64,000 nucleotides of DNA from Macrostomum hystrix (GCA_950097015.1 CATNEN010000038.1:5642001-5706000), one strand, 5' to 3'. Counted from the first letter of the stretch, positions 48,111 through 61,083 are shown. Notes: generated by a model not told the origin, from the sequence alone. Numbers and translations: made by a program.

Positions 48111-51100
48111 TCAGACTTCATCAGGCTGACTTCCTGACGAATCCGACGACGCCCCCGACGTACAGCTGGCAGATTCCACGCTCTGAATCGAATCTAGCCG
48201 CCTCGAATGCGGGCTGCACGGCTTCGCACAGCGTGGCGCACTCGATGTCGCTGCGAGCTGGCAACGAGGCAGCCGGTGACGGTTGAGGATCGGGCACTGC
48301 CTGGCGCTGCTCGTAATCTGACGAGTGTCGCGAAGGCGAGATAATAAATGAACTGGAATTCGTGTTCGTCCAAAGGGACGTTTAACGTGATCAATCAAAA
48401 TAAAATTAGCAGTTCGACTCTCACTTCCTGACGGTACGACGGTCTGATAGACCATTCGAAAGCCTCTGAATGTGTTGACGCTATTGGTGACAAATCTTAT
48501 TGACAGGAAATTGCTTCCGGAGCTGTACACGGGCGACCGAAAGTAGCCAACGCTCTCAGAAATGCTGATCAGAAGCGCTCCCTGTGAGTTGTACAGCTCG
48601 ACCCTGTCACAGCAGGTCTCCAGCTGCATGTAGCTGAACCAAGCAATTATTTTGGTCCTGTTGGATGACCTCAGGGTCCAGTCACAGTTAGCGTTGTTTT
48701 TGTAGTTGAAGCCGAAGTGAAATCCTTTATGGCTTAAAATTTCACCCGTTGGATTGTTACCGGGTCCATCAACCAGGTTCCAGGGAAGATGGCAGTCTGC
48801 AGTGTATGAGGTGACGCTTTCACAAGAGTGAAACAGAACAACGTTCGCATGAAACTGAATCTGTTCCAAAGAACTAACTGTGTACAATCATAATTTCTTA
48901 AAAATTGTTACACTTGCCCTAATTGGACCAGTGTGCTGCCAACGGTACCGCTGCAGCTATTGTGGGGCGCATTTAAAGGCTGGGTATGGCTGTTCAGTCC
49001 ATGGACTAGGGGACTCCATACCCATATATTTTCCCAGCTAATGCTTGTTTGAATTAAACAGCCAAGTTAACTGAAGCAATGCCAGCCATTGAATAAGCAG
49101 CGTGGAAAATATCAAATTGAATATTTTTTATAAAGACGTTTCTAAATCTCATTCCTTTTTTCGTGCCACGTTTACAAGGAAGGGAAAAGAAACAAAGGGG
49201 TAGAAAAATGAATTATTGCTGAAACCTAATTTTAAAGCCTGCAAAAACTCAGTATAAATAGTTATAGACGATAATTATCTCTGAAAAACCGAGTGGGCCA
49301 GTTCATCCTGTACAGAGTCAAATACGAAATGGTATCACCCCCATTTAAACTCACCGGTGGGTTCTACAGCCCAGTGCACCAGAGTGAAGCCTGAGTAGGT
49401 CTTTGTCGGATTAGTCCTAAATTGGACGGTCATGGTGTTGAAACCCGATGAAAACTCTACGGAGGCGTCTCCCGAGCCGGTGAGGGAACCGATCAGCGAA
49501 CCGTTCGGATAGAAGAAGTCCACAGCATCACAGCAGGCCTCGAGCTCGTATTGCATCACCTGAGCTACAACTACCTTCCCTGCCGGCCCGATTAGCGTCC
49601 AGGTGCACAGCATGTTATTGAAATAGGCACGATGCTGACTCTTGCCTACGTGGCTAGGTATGTAGCCTCGGCTGTTTAAGCTAACGGCCACATTGCCAGT
49701 GGCTGATCCGCACACTAAATGAAAATATTGCTAACCAGTATTGCTTTTGTTTTAAATATTGATTTGTCAATCTTTGAACTCACCTGAACCAGTTGCCTGA
49801 ACTGTGAGGCGAAATCCACTTTTCTCAATAAACACATCTGAGCTAAATGTGATGGACGTTAAGCCGGTGGAGTAGAAGACGAGCGGTGTTGGGTACTGTC
49901 CGACACCTGAGGACAAGTTCGCCACAATGTTACTCACACCATTCGAGATGAGGAGAGAATCGAAATTCGGTTCGAGCTCCAGGTAGTTAAACGTGATCAT
50001 GAGGGTCAGGGAATCGTACACCAAGACTTGCCAGCCGCATGAGTACTCTGCGGGATAGACGGTGCCAGCTGACAGACGCGGCTGACTCATCAGCGAAACA
50101 GGCGGGTCACTGGGGTCGATGGTGAGAGAGTTGGCAGAGGTTTCGTAACTGTTCCACGAGTAGGCGAGGCAAGCTGAAATTATTTTCGAGCACAATAGCG
50201 TGAAAAATTCTCATGCATTTAGTTCTGAACGTTGGTCTTACTTCTTCCATCTGGAACCACGTCGAATGTCAAATAGAAGCCTCGTGCCGGTGCGATATTG
50301 TATCTCGTATCGAAAATGATCGTCAAAGAATTCGACTTGGAGACGAGGATCTTGGATGAGATCAAATTTATTGGACTTATTTTAGCAATGCTAGAACTGG
50401 ACGGTGGGTCGACAAATTCAATCCAGTCCTGACTATCTAAGTCCAGGTGCATCAACCAAATGGAAAAATAATAACCGGCCGGTGCATTCAGCGTCCAACT
50501 GCACGTGATTCCCGGTGTATATAAGCTGCTTCGGTCTGCAAATCCGCTGTGGCTGACTACCGAGCCGGTTGAGTACGCTGCCAGACTGTAACTGATTCCA
50601 CTCTGACTGCATGCTGGGAGGTGTGGATGACAGGGGGGAGTTGTATTTTTAGGTGCCGAATGAGCGTAAACAAAACTAGACTAACTTCAGGGCAGAGCTT
50701 TGTGTGGACACTAATAAGGTGATGTTGAAGGAATGCGTTAGTTGTGTTAATAGTTTTTTACAATTGACACATGCTTCACATACTTAGTGCCAACGCATTC
50801 AGCTTCTCGGCATAGACGAACAATAAAAATCCGTTGTTGTTGAAACTATTGTCGGTGAAAAAGTTCACAGTCATTTTGTTTGACGTGGAAAAGTAGGTCG
50901 GAGAAACATAGCTGCCGAAATTAACTTGCAGTGTGACGATTCGCGGCCCAGATGATGAGCCGTCGAAGAGAATGACACCGTCGCAGCAGGTCTCGAAAGA
51001 AGCGTAGGTGAAAAAAGCACCGATGCGGTAACCCTGAGGAGCCGTGATGCTCGAGATGCAGTTCTGACTGATGGCGTACGCACTGGTCCCCGCAGTGTCG

Positions 51101-53047
51101 TGGCTCAGGATCCGGAAGGTGGTACCATCAATTGGCGCTTCGAAATTTCCACTGCACACTGAAATTTAGAATATGTTTTACAGAAGACGTTATTTCATTA
51201 AAGCACGGGTTTCTTTTTTATTTAACTGTGAAGTGCGAGTGCCGGATCGCTAACGCGTCCAAATATACACCAAGGTCCCTGAGCTGGAATCCGTGGCCAG
51301 GCTTTTTTTATTCGTCCACAGCCGAGGAGAGAAGGTTTTGGAGGTTGTCATGAATTTTTTTTCCAATGAGTGTCAACCCGCACTATGATTTCGTGCGTCG
51401 CCTGACGATAAGAAAGTCAAGGCAGATAGATATACGCAACAGTGTGAGTATGCCAGATTAATGATGCATCTGTGTCAACATCAGCAGAGAAAATTATTAT
51501 TAAGCCGGATAATTTAACGATTACCAAGTCCAGTACCAAACCCGCATCTTACCCAGTGTGTTCTGATACAAAACCGCAACGCGAAACCCCGCAAACGAGA
51601 CGCTTCCGTCTGAAGTGAACTGCACATTCAGGGAGTTGCCCCTGGTGTACATCCACTCGGTTGGGTAAGCGCCGGTCCGCGTCGAGACCCTGGCCATCAC
51701 AGTGCTGTTGTCATAGACGGTCAGAAAGTCGTACTGCGGCTCAAGCTCGGCCTGAAGAATCATTACCTTCAAAACCGCAGGTGCTGGCACCCGGAAGGTG
51801 AATTGGCAGTCGACATTGCTGGCATAGGTGGTGCCACGCGTACCAACGCCCGGCTCACTACCGGCGATGAGCATCGGGAAGCCGGCCGACACGTCCGTTA
51901 CGTACCTCTCGGCCTGGCCACTCCGCAAGCAAACTGGAAGTAATATCAGGACAAACATCTTACCTACATTTACGTATTCTGTATTTGATTGACGCTTCTT
52001 AACAGTAACAGTTCTTAACAGGTCATTTTTCCACTGGAGAAGGCCACGGGGGCATTTGATACTTCACGATAGCACCCCAACTGAATGAGCGATTTTCGCG
52101 AAAGTCCACCATTTGAATAAAAATTTTCCGGCTTTAACAATTAAACTAACTTTCAAAGCCGTCTGACCTAGCTTCGTCGAGATATTCAGCGATTCTTGTC
52201 GAAGACGCTGGTGACAAGAAAAAAAACAGATTCATGTATAAATCTCTTTAGCGAATCAAAATAGGTTCAAATGTGTATAAATTAACAGTATAATCAATAC
52301 TATGTAGTCAATAATAAGAGCCGACATGATTGAATTTATTAATTTGTGAGTATACTTTTTTCTCTATCTAGGTGCCGTTTGTCACTAACCACACAGACGA
52401 GAATCGTTGAATATCCGGTCGATGTTTTGTGACACTGGAAGTTGTCTCATCGGATAGAGCGGAAAATTGTAGCCCGTCTTCTGGATTTCTCTGCCGATTG
52501 GTTAAATATTTTGAAAGATCCATCAAAAGAACAACTTTGGTATTTGAAATTCCCGGTGGTCTTCTACTCTTAACTAAGCGTGCAACAGTTGCGGACTCAG
52601 GAAGACAGAAGGGCGAATTCAAGAGTAAACTAATCTTCGAATTTTGCTTTGAAAACTTGCCGCTAACTAAGGTGGAAACGAAGTAGGACAAGATGAAGCC
52701 GTAATAGCTGACGGAGCTATCAGTTAAAAATCGCACTGTCATCACATTCGAGGTTGTTTCGTAGACAGGCTCCGAGAATCCGGGCTGTCCGCTGACAAAC
52801 GAAATCAACCGGCTGGCGGTGCTAGGACCATCGTAAAGCTCGACCTTGTCACAGCAGGCCTCCAAGTCGATGTATCTGAACCTGATGGAAATTTTCGACC
52901 CAACCGGTCCCCGGATTCTCCACTGACAGTCCATGTTGCTATCATAAGTAGATACGTACACCTGGCTGTGGCTAAATATGAAATTTGGAATTATTTGCGA
53001 TAGCTTCACTGGTATATCCTGGCTGGCGTTGAAAACTCTTGAACAAT
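48111..53047 (-). CDS. Multi-CUB-domain (cubilin-like) protein, 5' end not identified; exons 53047-52661, 51933-51553, 51158-50784, 50613-50242, 50173-49784, 49714-49355, 48796-48425 and a tentative last exon 48352-48111
   Basis: Seven symmetric phase 1-1 exons (387, 381, 375, 372, 390, 360, 372 nt), each encoding one CUB domain (Y..N..C.W, LE.CCD.V.LYDG, F.TD.S....GF). Confidence 0.88.
48915..49085 (-). mobile_element. Degraded copy of CORE-type SINE family A in a CUB-gene intron
   Basis: GCAGCTATTG..GGCGCAT...GGCTGTTCAGTCCATGGACT...AACTGAAGCAATGC matches 11830-11962. Confidence 0.75.
51230..51480 (+). mobile_element. Degraded SINE family B copy
   Basis: GCTAACGCGT...CCAAGGTCCCTGAGCTGGAATCCGTGG and CCTGACGATAAGAAAGTCAAGGCAGAT blocks. 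Confidence 0.6.
52040..52575. mobile_element. MITE-like element, same family as 11600-12305, without the SINE insertion
   Basis: Left arm CGAGATATTCAGCGATTCTTGTCGAAG..CTGGTGACAAG and right arm GAGAATCGTTGAATATC...GGTATTTGAAATTCCCGGTGG. Confidence 0.7.
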
Positions 53048-54337
53048 CTGAAAAGATTTGTGGTAATTGTGAGGATTGTGAGAAGTATAAGGCAATGTAG
53101 TATAAGGAAAATTATTAAATGCTCATATTGATGACATGTTGATAAGTTTTGACAGGAAGCAAATGCAATTCAGTTTTTTAATTTATCTTAAAAAACATGT
53201 TGCTTCAACGAATTTTAGAAAGCTTCATTCATGAAAAATTCATCATTTTATTTTCGTTTATTTATCATGAGGCACAATAGCAACCCATCAGACATAAAAC
53301 TTGCCTATAGTTTGGCCAACATAATTTATAAAGAAACAGTGCATTATAATTCTCGTAATACACTTATACTTAATTTAAAAGTGACTGTAATTAGATTGCT
53401 TTTGACTAGCTATTGTGCTTCATAGCTAGGCGACCGAGGCGACGCCTCGGTCAATAAAATTGCGCCTCGAGCCTTCCACCCTAGGGAGCCGAAAGAAATG
53501 GGAAATATGGTACGCATTCCCACTCGCCCCGCCAACTTTGATTGCACTTTTATGCTCTGTGTATAAACTCTGACTCTCTTTCTCTCTCGGACTCTGTCCA
53601 TAGTCTATGGTAAAAAGCAGACCTGTTTGAAGAAGAAGCGTCTGTTGTAAAAAGTTTACAATAGGCGCATATGGCTGGAAAGGCTGCCTTGGCTGGAAAT
53701 AGAGCTTTATACTTGCTGAGCTGTGACGACAGATACTAAATGGATGTACTGGGTATTTAGTATCTGTGGCTATGACTAGCTCTCGATCTTAACTGAGGCT
53801 GAGGCTGAGGCATTGATTTCCGGCACGGTACCTCCGAACACCATTAAGACGTGCTAGTGGATGTTGTCTATTCTCAAGGACTGGCACGCATTCAGTCTCT
53901 CCGTTTCCACTGTTTGCGAGTCCGAGACGTAGCTTACTGTCGAAGCCTGCCAACCGCCGGCTTCTAAGCGCATGGTGATCGAGGCCAACGGCGAGAACAA
54001 CATTGTGGGGAATACTTTCACCTAGGTGATCGTCGCGACGATGCATGCTTGTGCAATGACTATATCATTCTTGACAATACATAGCCAATGTAATAATTCT
54101 AGTTAAGTTTCAATGCTGTTCATGTTGTGCACGTTCTTTTTATTTCCCCCAGACGTCTGTGAGTTGTCTATGGTAAACGTTCCGTTTATCCATCCCGAGC
54201 GAGCGGGAAATAAATAATTTAGCAAATAAATGAAATGCTTTAAGACATAGACTGCGTTGGCAGGCAAACGGGGAATACATGTATAATATAGCTTTTTGCA
54301 AACCATTTGATCCTTCGAGCATTCGATTTAATTTACA

Positions 54338-54712
54338 GTGGCAAAATCCAAGCGTTTCAGGCCGATTTTCAAGCTTCTATGGCCAAAAGTATGACCATAG
54401 AGCAATCGATTTGATCCTTCGGACACGCATTTAGTCCCGCCCCATACATTTAATATGCCACTGTGTATGCCACTTCGTCGATGAAATCAAAGCTGTGCTC
54501 ACTTTTTTCGTCGAACATAGTGTTGGCTGCTTCGCTCTCTGACGTCTGATGATAAATATAACTGTCTAGTCTGTGTTCTAGGGCAAAAATTAATAACCAA
54601 ACAGTGGAGAGAGGCTTAAATGCGTGTCCGAAGGATCAAATCGATTGCTCTATGGTCATTCTTTTGGCCATAGACAACTGGAAAATCGGCCTGAAACTGT
54701 TGGATTTTGCCA
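54338..54712. mobile_element. Foldback/MITE-like element with ~97-bp inverted repeats (54338-54435 and 54616-54712)
   Basis: TGGCAAAATCCAA...GACCATAGAGCAATCGATTTGATCCTTCGGACACGCATTTA is mirrored by TAAATGCGTGTCCGAAGGATCAAATCGATTGCTCTATGGTC...TTGGATTTTGCCA. Confidence 0.85.
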
Positions 54713-55872
54713 GATAGGAACTATCTAGATAATGCATTTTCCAAGAAACGAAGTGTCCCGCCCTTCTTCTTCTAGTGGTCCTTGCTTTTTTTAAACTGTT
54801 CTAAAATATGCTCTCACCTAGTACACAAGTTATCAATGATATTTGCAAAAGCAACGGAAAGTTCATTTTCAAGGCAATTTATCAGCCCAAAAATGTGCAG
54901 AAATATCGAAACGGCGGATAAAGCTTGCATTTTGGCCTTCAGCCGTGACTATGCTCACTTTACACTGACTGGAACTTGTACGAGTACGAGCCAACGAATT
55001 CGGTTACGAGTATTATTAATATGTAGTTAGAAAAGTGTAATACTGCAAACTTACAGTTTGGCATTGCCACTACCAAGCCACCAAAGCAGGGTAGCAGAAG
55101 CGCTATCGCTAGCAGCATTTTGCTCACTAAGTTGATTCGTTACAATGTGCGGCTCAACAATTGCGAAAATTCAACACTGATGCTTTTTATGACTTTTTGA
55201 GAGAGTAATCCTTTGGTTGTTTTATCATATTTTGTGATTTTATCGAAAAGTCATTGAGAATTTGTCAGGAAAATCAAATCATCTGAAGTAATTTTGTTTT
55301 GCGTAAATATTGACTGAGTTACCTGTATTCACTGTTGCTATGATATGCATCCGCATAGAAAATTAATTAAAACCTTTTTTTCTAATTTAGCTTGAACAAA
55401 AACACCCACCCGACAATGTGATACGTTTTGAAAATGCGCAAAATCAGTTTTATTAAAACAGCTTATCAGCTCGCACCCGCAGAGACCACCGAATCTCAAC
55501 TGAGTTTACGTTAATTAAAAACGAGCCATTCCCCCCGCGCATCTTGAGTCTATTCGCTTGGAGTCAAATTCATGATAGCTTGAGCATAGGCTAAAGGGTG
55601 ATTCATGCCAGGGAATGTGCTCACCCTCTGAGTCTGATAGTCCTATCTTCGTACCAAGAGACTTTCTCGTAGAAGAAAGTTTTGCATAAACTTCACCTAG
55701 CGCTATTATCAGTGACACACAGCCCATTATCAGTGTTAAAATTTTAACTTCAAAAGGTGTGGCAACATCGAACAAACATAAAAATATACATTAAAAGATT
55801 TTTGAAAGCTAGCAACGACATTCAAGCGAAACTAAAGTTGAGAATTCAAGCGCAAAATATTCACAAGAGAAA

Positions 55873-57561
55873 ATGACACGAGAGAAAATCATTTTCCTTT
55901 TCGCCTGCATACTTTTGGGCTGCACGTTTTGCACCTGCTTCCCAGACGGCAGATTCATAAAACTGCTGCCGGAATCCCAGCCGCCCTCCACTCCGCTGTC
56001 CGACCCCAGCCACTGGATGACGATAGCCAAGCAGGACCTCAAGACTGCAACCGACGTTTTCCGACAGACCAAGGAGAAGCGAGCGAAGAACGCCATTCTC
56101 TTCCTCGGAGACGGAATGGGGGTGCCATCCGTCACCACGGGACGCATTCTCAAAGGCCAGCTCGCGGGAAACAGCGGCGAGGAAGCCACCCTGGAGTTCG
56201 AGAAGTTCCCACACACTGGCCTGTCGAAAACCTACAACACGGACATGCAGACACCGGACAGCGCCGGGACAGCCACTGCCTTTCTGTGCGGCGTGAAGGC
56301 GAGGTCCGGCACAATGGGCGTGAACGAGCTCGTTCTCACTCGAAACTGCACCTCCCAGCTGAAGGATCACTATGTGCTGTCGTTCTTGAACGAAGCGCAG
56401 CAGCTCGGGAAGTCGGTCGGAATCGTCACCACCACAAGAATCACACACGCCACACCTGGAGCTGCATACTCGCACACATCCTGGCGAGAATGGGAAGACG
56501 ACACTGCGAGGAACAGCGACGTGAAGGACGAGTCAGTTCGACACATGTGCCCAGACATTGCTGAGCAGTTGGTTGAGTACGCCATCAACTACACCGTGAT
56601 CTTCGGAGGTGGTCGAAGAAAGTTTTTTCCCAGCAATGTGTCCACAGTCGATCCCGTCACTGGAAAGGATGTGTTTGGTAGCAGGAGCGACTTTGTGAAC
56701 CTGGTGGAGAGGTGGAAGCAGCGACAGGCGGGATTCGGGCGTCAAGCCATGTACCTGGAGACTCGCCAGCAACTGCTGGATGCCGCTGAAAGCCCCAACG
56801 CTGTCTACCTTGGACTGCTTGCGACTGATCACCTTCGATACGACTTGGACAATCAGGAGGACCAGAAGGAGCCAACGCTGGAAGAAATGACTCGGAAAGC
56901 CATCAACATTTTGAAGCAGAACCCGAACGGATTCGCTCTTCTGGTCGAAGGCGGACGCATCGATCACGGGCATCATGAGAACTTGGCAAAGAAGTCCATG
57001 CACGACCTGGTGGCATTCGACAAGGCGATCAAGACGGCAGGTGAACTGACGAGCTCCGATGAGACTCTTTCCGTTGTGACTGCTGATCACAGTCACGTGT
57101 TTTCTATCGGAGGCTGGAGTCGCAGGGGTCAGCCAGTGTTCGGAAAAGTCAAGTTCTCATATTACAACAGATTTAACAGCAAAGGCGAAGCTTTGGGCTA
57201 CGACGATCTTCCCTACACTTCCCTCTTCTACGGCGACGGCCCTTCGGCGCCCGTGAACAGTCCGCGGGCCAACATCACGGATGTGGACACGGAGGCAGCT
57301 GACTATAAGCAGCAAGCGATCGTCAGGTTCCCAATTGAGTCGCACGGAGCTGAGGACGTGCCAATCTATGCCAAGGGCCCAGGATCTCACCTGTTCCATG
57401 CTACTCACGAGCAGTCCTACATTGCACACGTCATCAAGTACTCAATATGTGCGGGCACTTATGCTGCTGAGAACTACTGCCTGACCAGCTCAGCGAGCAC
57501 CATTTGGCCCTCCGCTCTCGCCTTGATGATTTCCTTGCTATCGAAGTCCCTGATGGGATAA
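55873..57561 (+). CDS. ALP: Alkaline phosphatase (animal type), intronless, with signal peptide and probable GPI-anchor signal, 562 aa
   Basis: ILFLGDGMG, TPDSAGTATA (catalytic Ser), RITHATP, VEGGRIDHGHH, VTADHSH and SHGAEDV; hydrophobic N- and C-termini. Confidence 0.97.
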   Translation: MTREKIIFLFACILLGCTFCTCFPDGRFIKLLPESQPPSTPLSDPSHWMTIAKQDLKTATDVFRQTKEKRAKNAILFLGDGMGVPSVTTGRILKGQLAGNSGEEATLEFEKFPHTGLSKTYNTDMQTPDSAGTATAFLCGVKARSGTMGVNELVLTRNCTSQLKDHYVLSFLNEAQQLGKSVGIVTTTRITHATPGAAYSHTSWREWEDDTARNSDVKDESVRHMCPDIAEQLVEYAINYTVIFGGGRRKFFPSNVSTVDPVTGKDVFGSRSDFVNLVERWKQRQAGFGRQAMYLETRQQLLDAAESPNAVYLGLLATDHLRYDLDNQEDQKEPTLEEMTRKAINILKQNPNGFALLVEGGRIDHGHHENLAKKSMHDLVAFDKAIKTAGELTSSDETLSVVTADHSHVFSIGGWSRRGQPVFGKVKFSYYNRFNSKGEALGYDDLPYTSLFYGDGPSAPVNSPRANITDVDTEAADYKQQAIVRFPIESHGAEDVPIYAKGPGSHLFHATHEQSYIAHVIKYSICAGTYAAENYCLTSSASTIWPSALALMISLLSKSLMG

Positions 57562-58339
57562 AGCTTCTTGTGCAAAGATTTGCTATCCCATGGAAATTCC
57601 TTCAGTTCTGCAGTTGCTGTTTAGGCCACGACTTAATCGGTTCGATAATTCCTAACTTGGTTCCTAATTTTCTAGAAGTCGAAATAATTTTTCCTTTGGA
57701 CTGGAAGTTTCTGAAGAGGATCCTTTATTATTAGCACTTCATTAGCATTGCTCTCTAGAAACTTTTCTCAAGAAAAACGATTGAATTTATTGGTTAGATA
57801 CGCTTAGATATGTGAAATGAATACAAGTCACATTCAGTTTGCCAATAAAATTTGAGGCGATTTCAATCCGGCCTTGTCCCAATAGAAAGTTCGTTGTTAA
57901 GTATTTGTGTTTTGTTTGCATCGTCTCACTGTTTGTTGCAATCCAAACTCTCATGCACACACGCACACAGCAGACACGAAGATACATGCAGAGGAAAAAC
58001 CATTAGGAAGGATTTATTTGCAGGTTTTTTCCACGAAAAGGTCTGGTGGTATGAAATTACGCATTCGATTAACTGCTGCGCGAAATTTAGACAACTGTGA
58101 GACAACCCACAGCAGACGACCATATACTCGTATAATTATACAGTTAAAGGTGAAATTGAAGGTGAAAGGTGAAAAGGTAAAGGTGAGATTCAAAATACAG
58201 CTTTGACCTGTCTTTTGTTTAATTTAGTAGCGCTGCAATATATGACACTTGAAGGAGTGCATGAAACGTCTTTCTTTTGAGTTGACGCTTAATAATTAGT
58301 TACAAGCGCCGGTTTAGTGGGCAATATAAAATAAATCTG

Positions 58340-60400
58340 ACTAGAAGCGAGTCGGTGGTTCTTTTGGATGCTTTTGTATTCTGTATTGAGCTGTGAGATT
58401 TGATTTCACCTTGTCGGTCAACCACAGCTCCTGAGGTACATGCGGCTGCTTTGGTTGCTTCTCGAATTGCTTATCCAAATTGAGATGGATGGAGTCAGGA
58501 TCTTTTTCATTGATGACGACACGTGGAAGCATCGGATTCTCGCCGGTGAGCCCTGTGAATGGGCTGATACCGTCGTCGTCCGGAGCGACGTGCATAGCAA
58601 GGAGGGCCAGCGGAAGGTTGTCAAGCCAGGAAGGTCCTCGCGCTCTGAGCATCGTCTTGAGGGTCTTATGAGCGCGTTCGATCTTCCCATTGCACCGTGG
58701 TGGTACGCTGGAAACCCACGATAGATGACAGCATTTGGAAGAGCGATGACGTTAAGAGGCTCTCTAAAGTGAGAAATCCAGGTGAAAATAAAAGCTGCTC
58801 CTACGCTCTGTGCTGTAATGGTCTCGAGAGGCGCTGCCTCCAGCCAGCTCGTGTTGCGGTCGATCATCGTGAGGAGGTTCCGGGGTGCTAGACCGCACTG
58901 GGTGTCATGCTTTCCCTCGGGGACTGGCAGGGGGCCTACGATGCCGATGTTGACCGTCTCGAACCTGCTTGATGGGAGGTAAAACGCAGCGCTGCCACCC
59001 GTCCTATTGCGGGCCACCTTAGTGTGCTGTCAAGCCTCGCATGTCCTCGCATCTCGCATGGATAAAACTTGGACCTTCGAGTGCATGCCGGGCTAGTAGA
59101 AGCGGCTGATGAGAAGATTGGCTGTCTCGCGGAATCCGTAGTGGCCAAGATCATGGAAGTGCTTCAGCAAGGATTCGCGCAAAGAAGTGGGGACGATCAA
59201 GCGAGGGATACGCGACGGTCGTCTCCAAGCGAAAAGAAGCGGTGGTGGTCAGATTCAGACAGTTTTCTGCTGCCTGCTGATCGGCGATTGCTAAGAGATC
59301 CGTTGGCGTTGCGTCCTGCTTGGTGATTGCGACTGGGGTCGATTCCTCGATGTCGACGTCGTCCAAGCCATGGATGTACTGGAAATCAGTAACGTATTCG
59401 AACAGGATACTCAAGTAGCGCTGGTTGCGGTCGGAGTTGCCGCGAGAGTTGCGTCGGAAGGCCTGATCGAGAGGTTTGTGATCCGCGAAGACCGTGAAAT
59501 GTCTGCCCGCGGTCATGTTCCGCAATTGAAGCACGGCAAGGTAGACGTAGGTAGAACTTGCCGAACAGGGTGGTCTGTTCTTCGATCGTCTGATGCTGGG
59601 CCGCTCCGACACTAGTAGCAGAGGCATCCGTGACGCGCTGGTAAACCGAGTGGGTTGAATCCGGATGACATAGAAGGAGTCATTCGGCCAATTATTGCTT
59701 AAAGTCATCGATGGCGGTCGGATGGGTGTCTCTCAATCGTGGAGACAGTAGTGATGCGGTGAGCAGATCCTGCAATTGGGCAGCAGTGGATGCGAAGCCT
59801 GGAATGAAGCACCGGTAGAAACCAATCACGCCGAAAAAAACGTCTCAAAGTGACGGCGTCATGAGGAAGCGACCAGTTCTGGATGGTCTCGACACTCGAC
59901 TCTAGAAGTCGGATACCGTCTGCGGGACGTGATGGCCGAGGAAGGTGACCTCGCTCTTCATGAATACGCACTTGCTTGTTGGACCTTCAGCCCATGATGC
60001 GCGATGCGTGTCAGCACAGCTTTCAGGCGTTGGAGATGTTCTTCCTCGGACTTGGAGTAGACGAGCAGATCGTCAAGGTAGGCGATGACACACGGCAGGC
60101 CACGTAGCACTGAGTCGATAAAGCGTTAGAAGGTCTGCGCAGTCTCTGCGCATCCTGGACTACTCGAAGAGGCCAAACTGAGTAATGGTGGCAAGTCTTA
60201 GCAATGTCCTCTTCAGCAATTGGGATCTGATGGTTGCGCTGAGCAGGTCGAGCTTGCTGAACACAGTCGTACAGTGGAGATAGCGAATGAAACTCCGAGA
60301 TGCGTCTGACCGGGGTGGGGCTTGCCGTATGTACTTTTAGGAACCATATGAGGTGGCGAAACCTGTATGGAACCGTTTGGCACAAAACCTCGCTGAACAG
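58340..60400 (-). pseudogene. Decayed Ty3/Gypsy pol fragment (RT, RNase H, integrase) with many frameshifts
   Basis: Remnants in different minus frames: HQIPIAEEDIAKT, AYLDDLLVYS, FTVFADHKPL, IVGPLP, LLTMIDRNTSWLEAAPL and PAYH. No LTR pair seen. Confidence 0.85.
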
Positions 60401-61083
60401 GCGGGAGATGCACTAGGATGGTCAAAATTAATGAGCGTATGGTGCTTGCTACAGGATTATAAAAAACTGGATTTATTGTTTCCCAATACGAGTATAGGCT
60501 ACTGCTGTCTGTAATGTCATATTACAGGATTTGGTGTTTCTTAGGGTCTCCTAAGTGGAGAGTGGAGAGTTGGCAGCCGGTTTGAAAATGGGGCGAAGAG
60601 GTGGCGGAGAGAGGGTGCCGCGAGTCAACGGCTATTGGGGGTCTGAGAATAACTGATTAAAATGGGCGGGAAAACAGAAATTTAACTACGCTTTTGTATT
60701 TCAAGATTGGGGATAAAACTTATATTTCTTATATTATCTCAGCGAAATTGCACAAAGGACAGAGAAAATGGCGCCAATCAGGAGGGATCGGATCTTACTA
60801 ATGAAAAACTGAGCGGGCGGAGAGGAGGCGGGCTGTTAAATTTTCTTTATTTAATTTCGCACGTCTGAGCGGGCAGAGAGAGGTGATCTACTACTAAGGA
60901 GGGGTCAGTTTGATTTCATAAGTAGCGTACACTCTTTTGGCGGAGGCGAGCAGGCTTCAAATCTTAATTTATTGAAATTCGCACCTCTGACTGGGCGGAA
61001 AGTGGAATGTGTTTACAAATAGGGCTGGCCTGGAGAATGAATGAGTCCTCAAATTAATGCGTTGAGTTCACCTGATTTAAAGG

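Noticed and set aside
53800-54050. Possible decayed transposon or recombinase coding fragment
   Set aside because: Only a vague resemblance, with stops and no diagnostic motif.
55695-55728. MGCVSLIIALG|gtgaag as the missing signal-peptide exon of the CUB gene
   Set aside because: The phase fits, but the donor is weak, the hydrophobic stretch is short, and there is no independent support.
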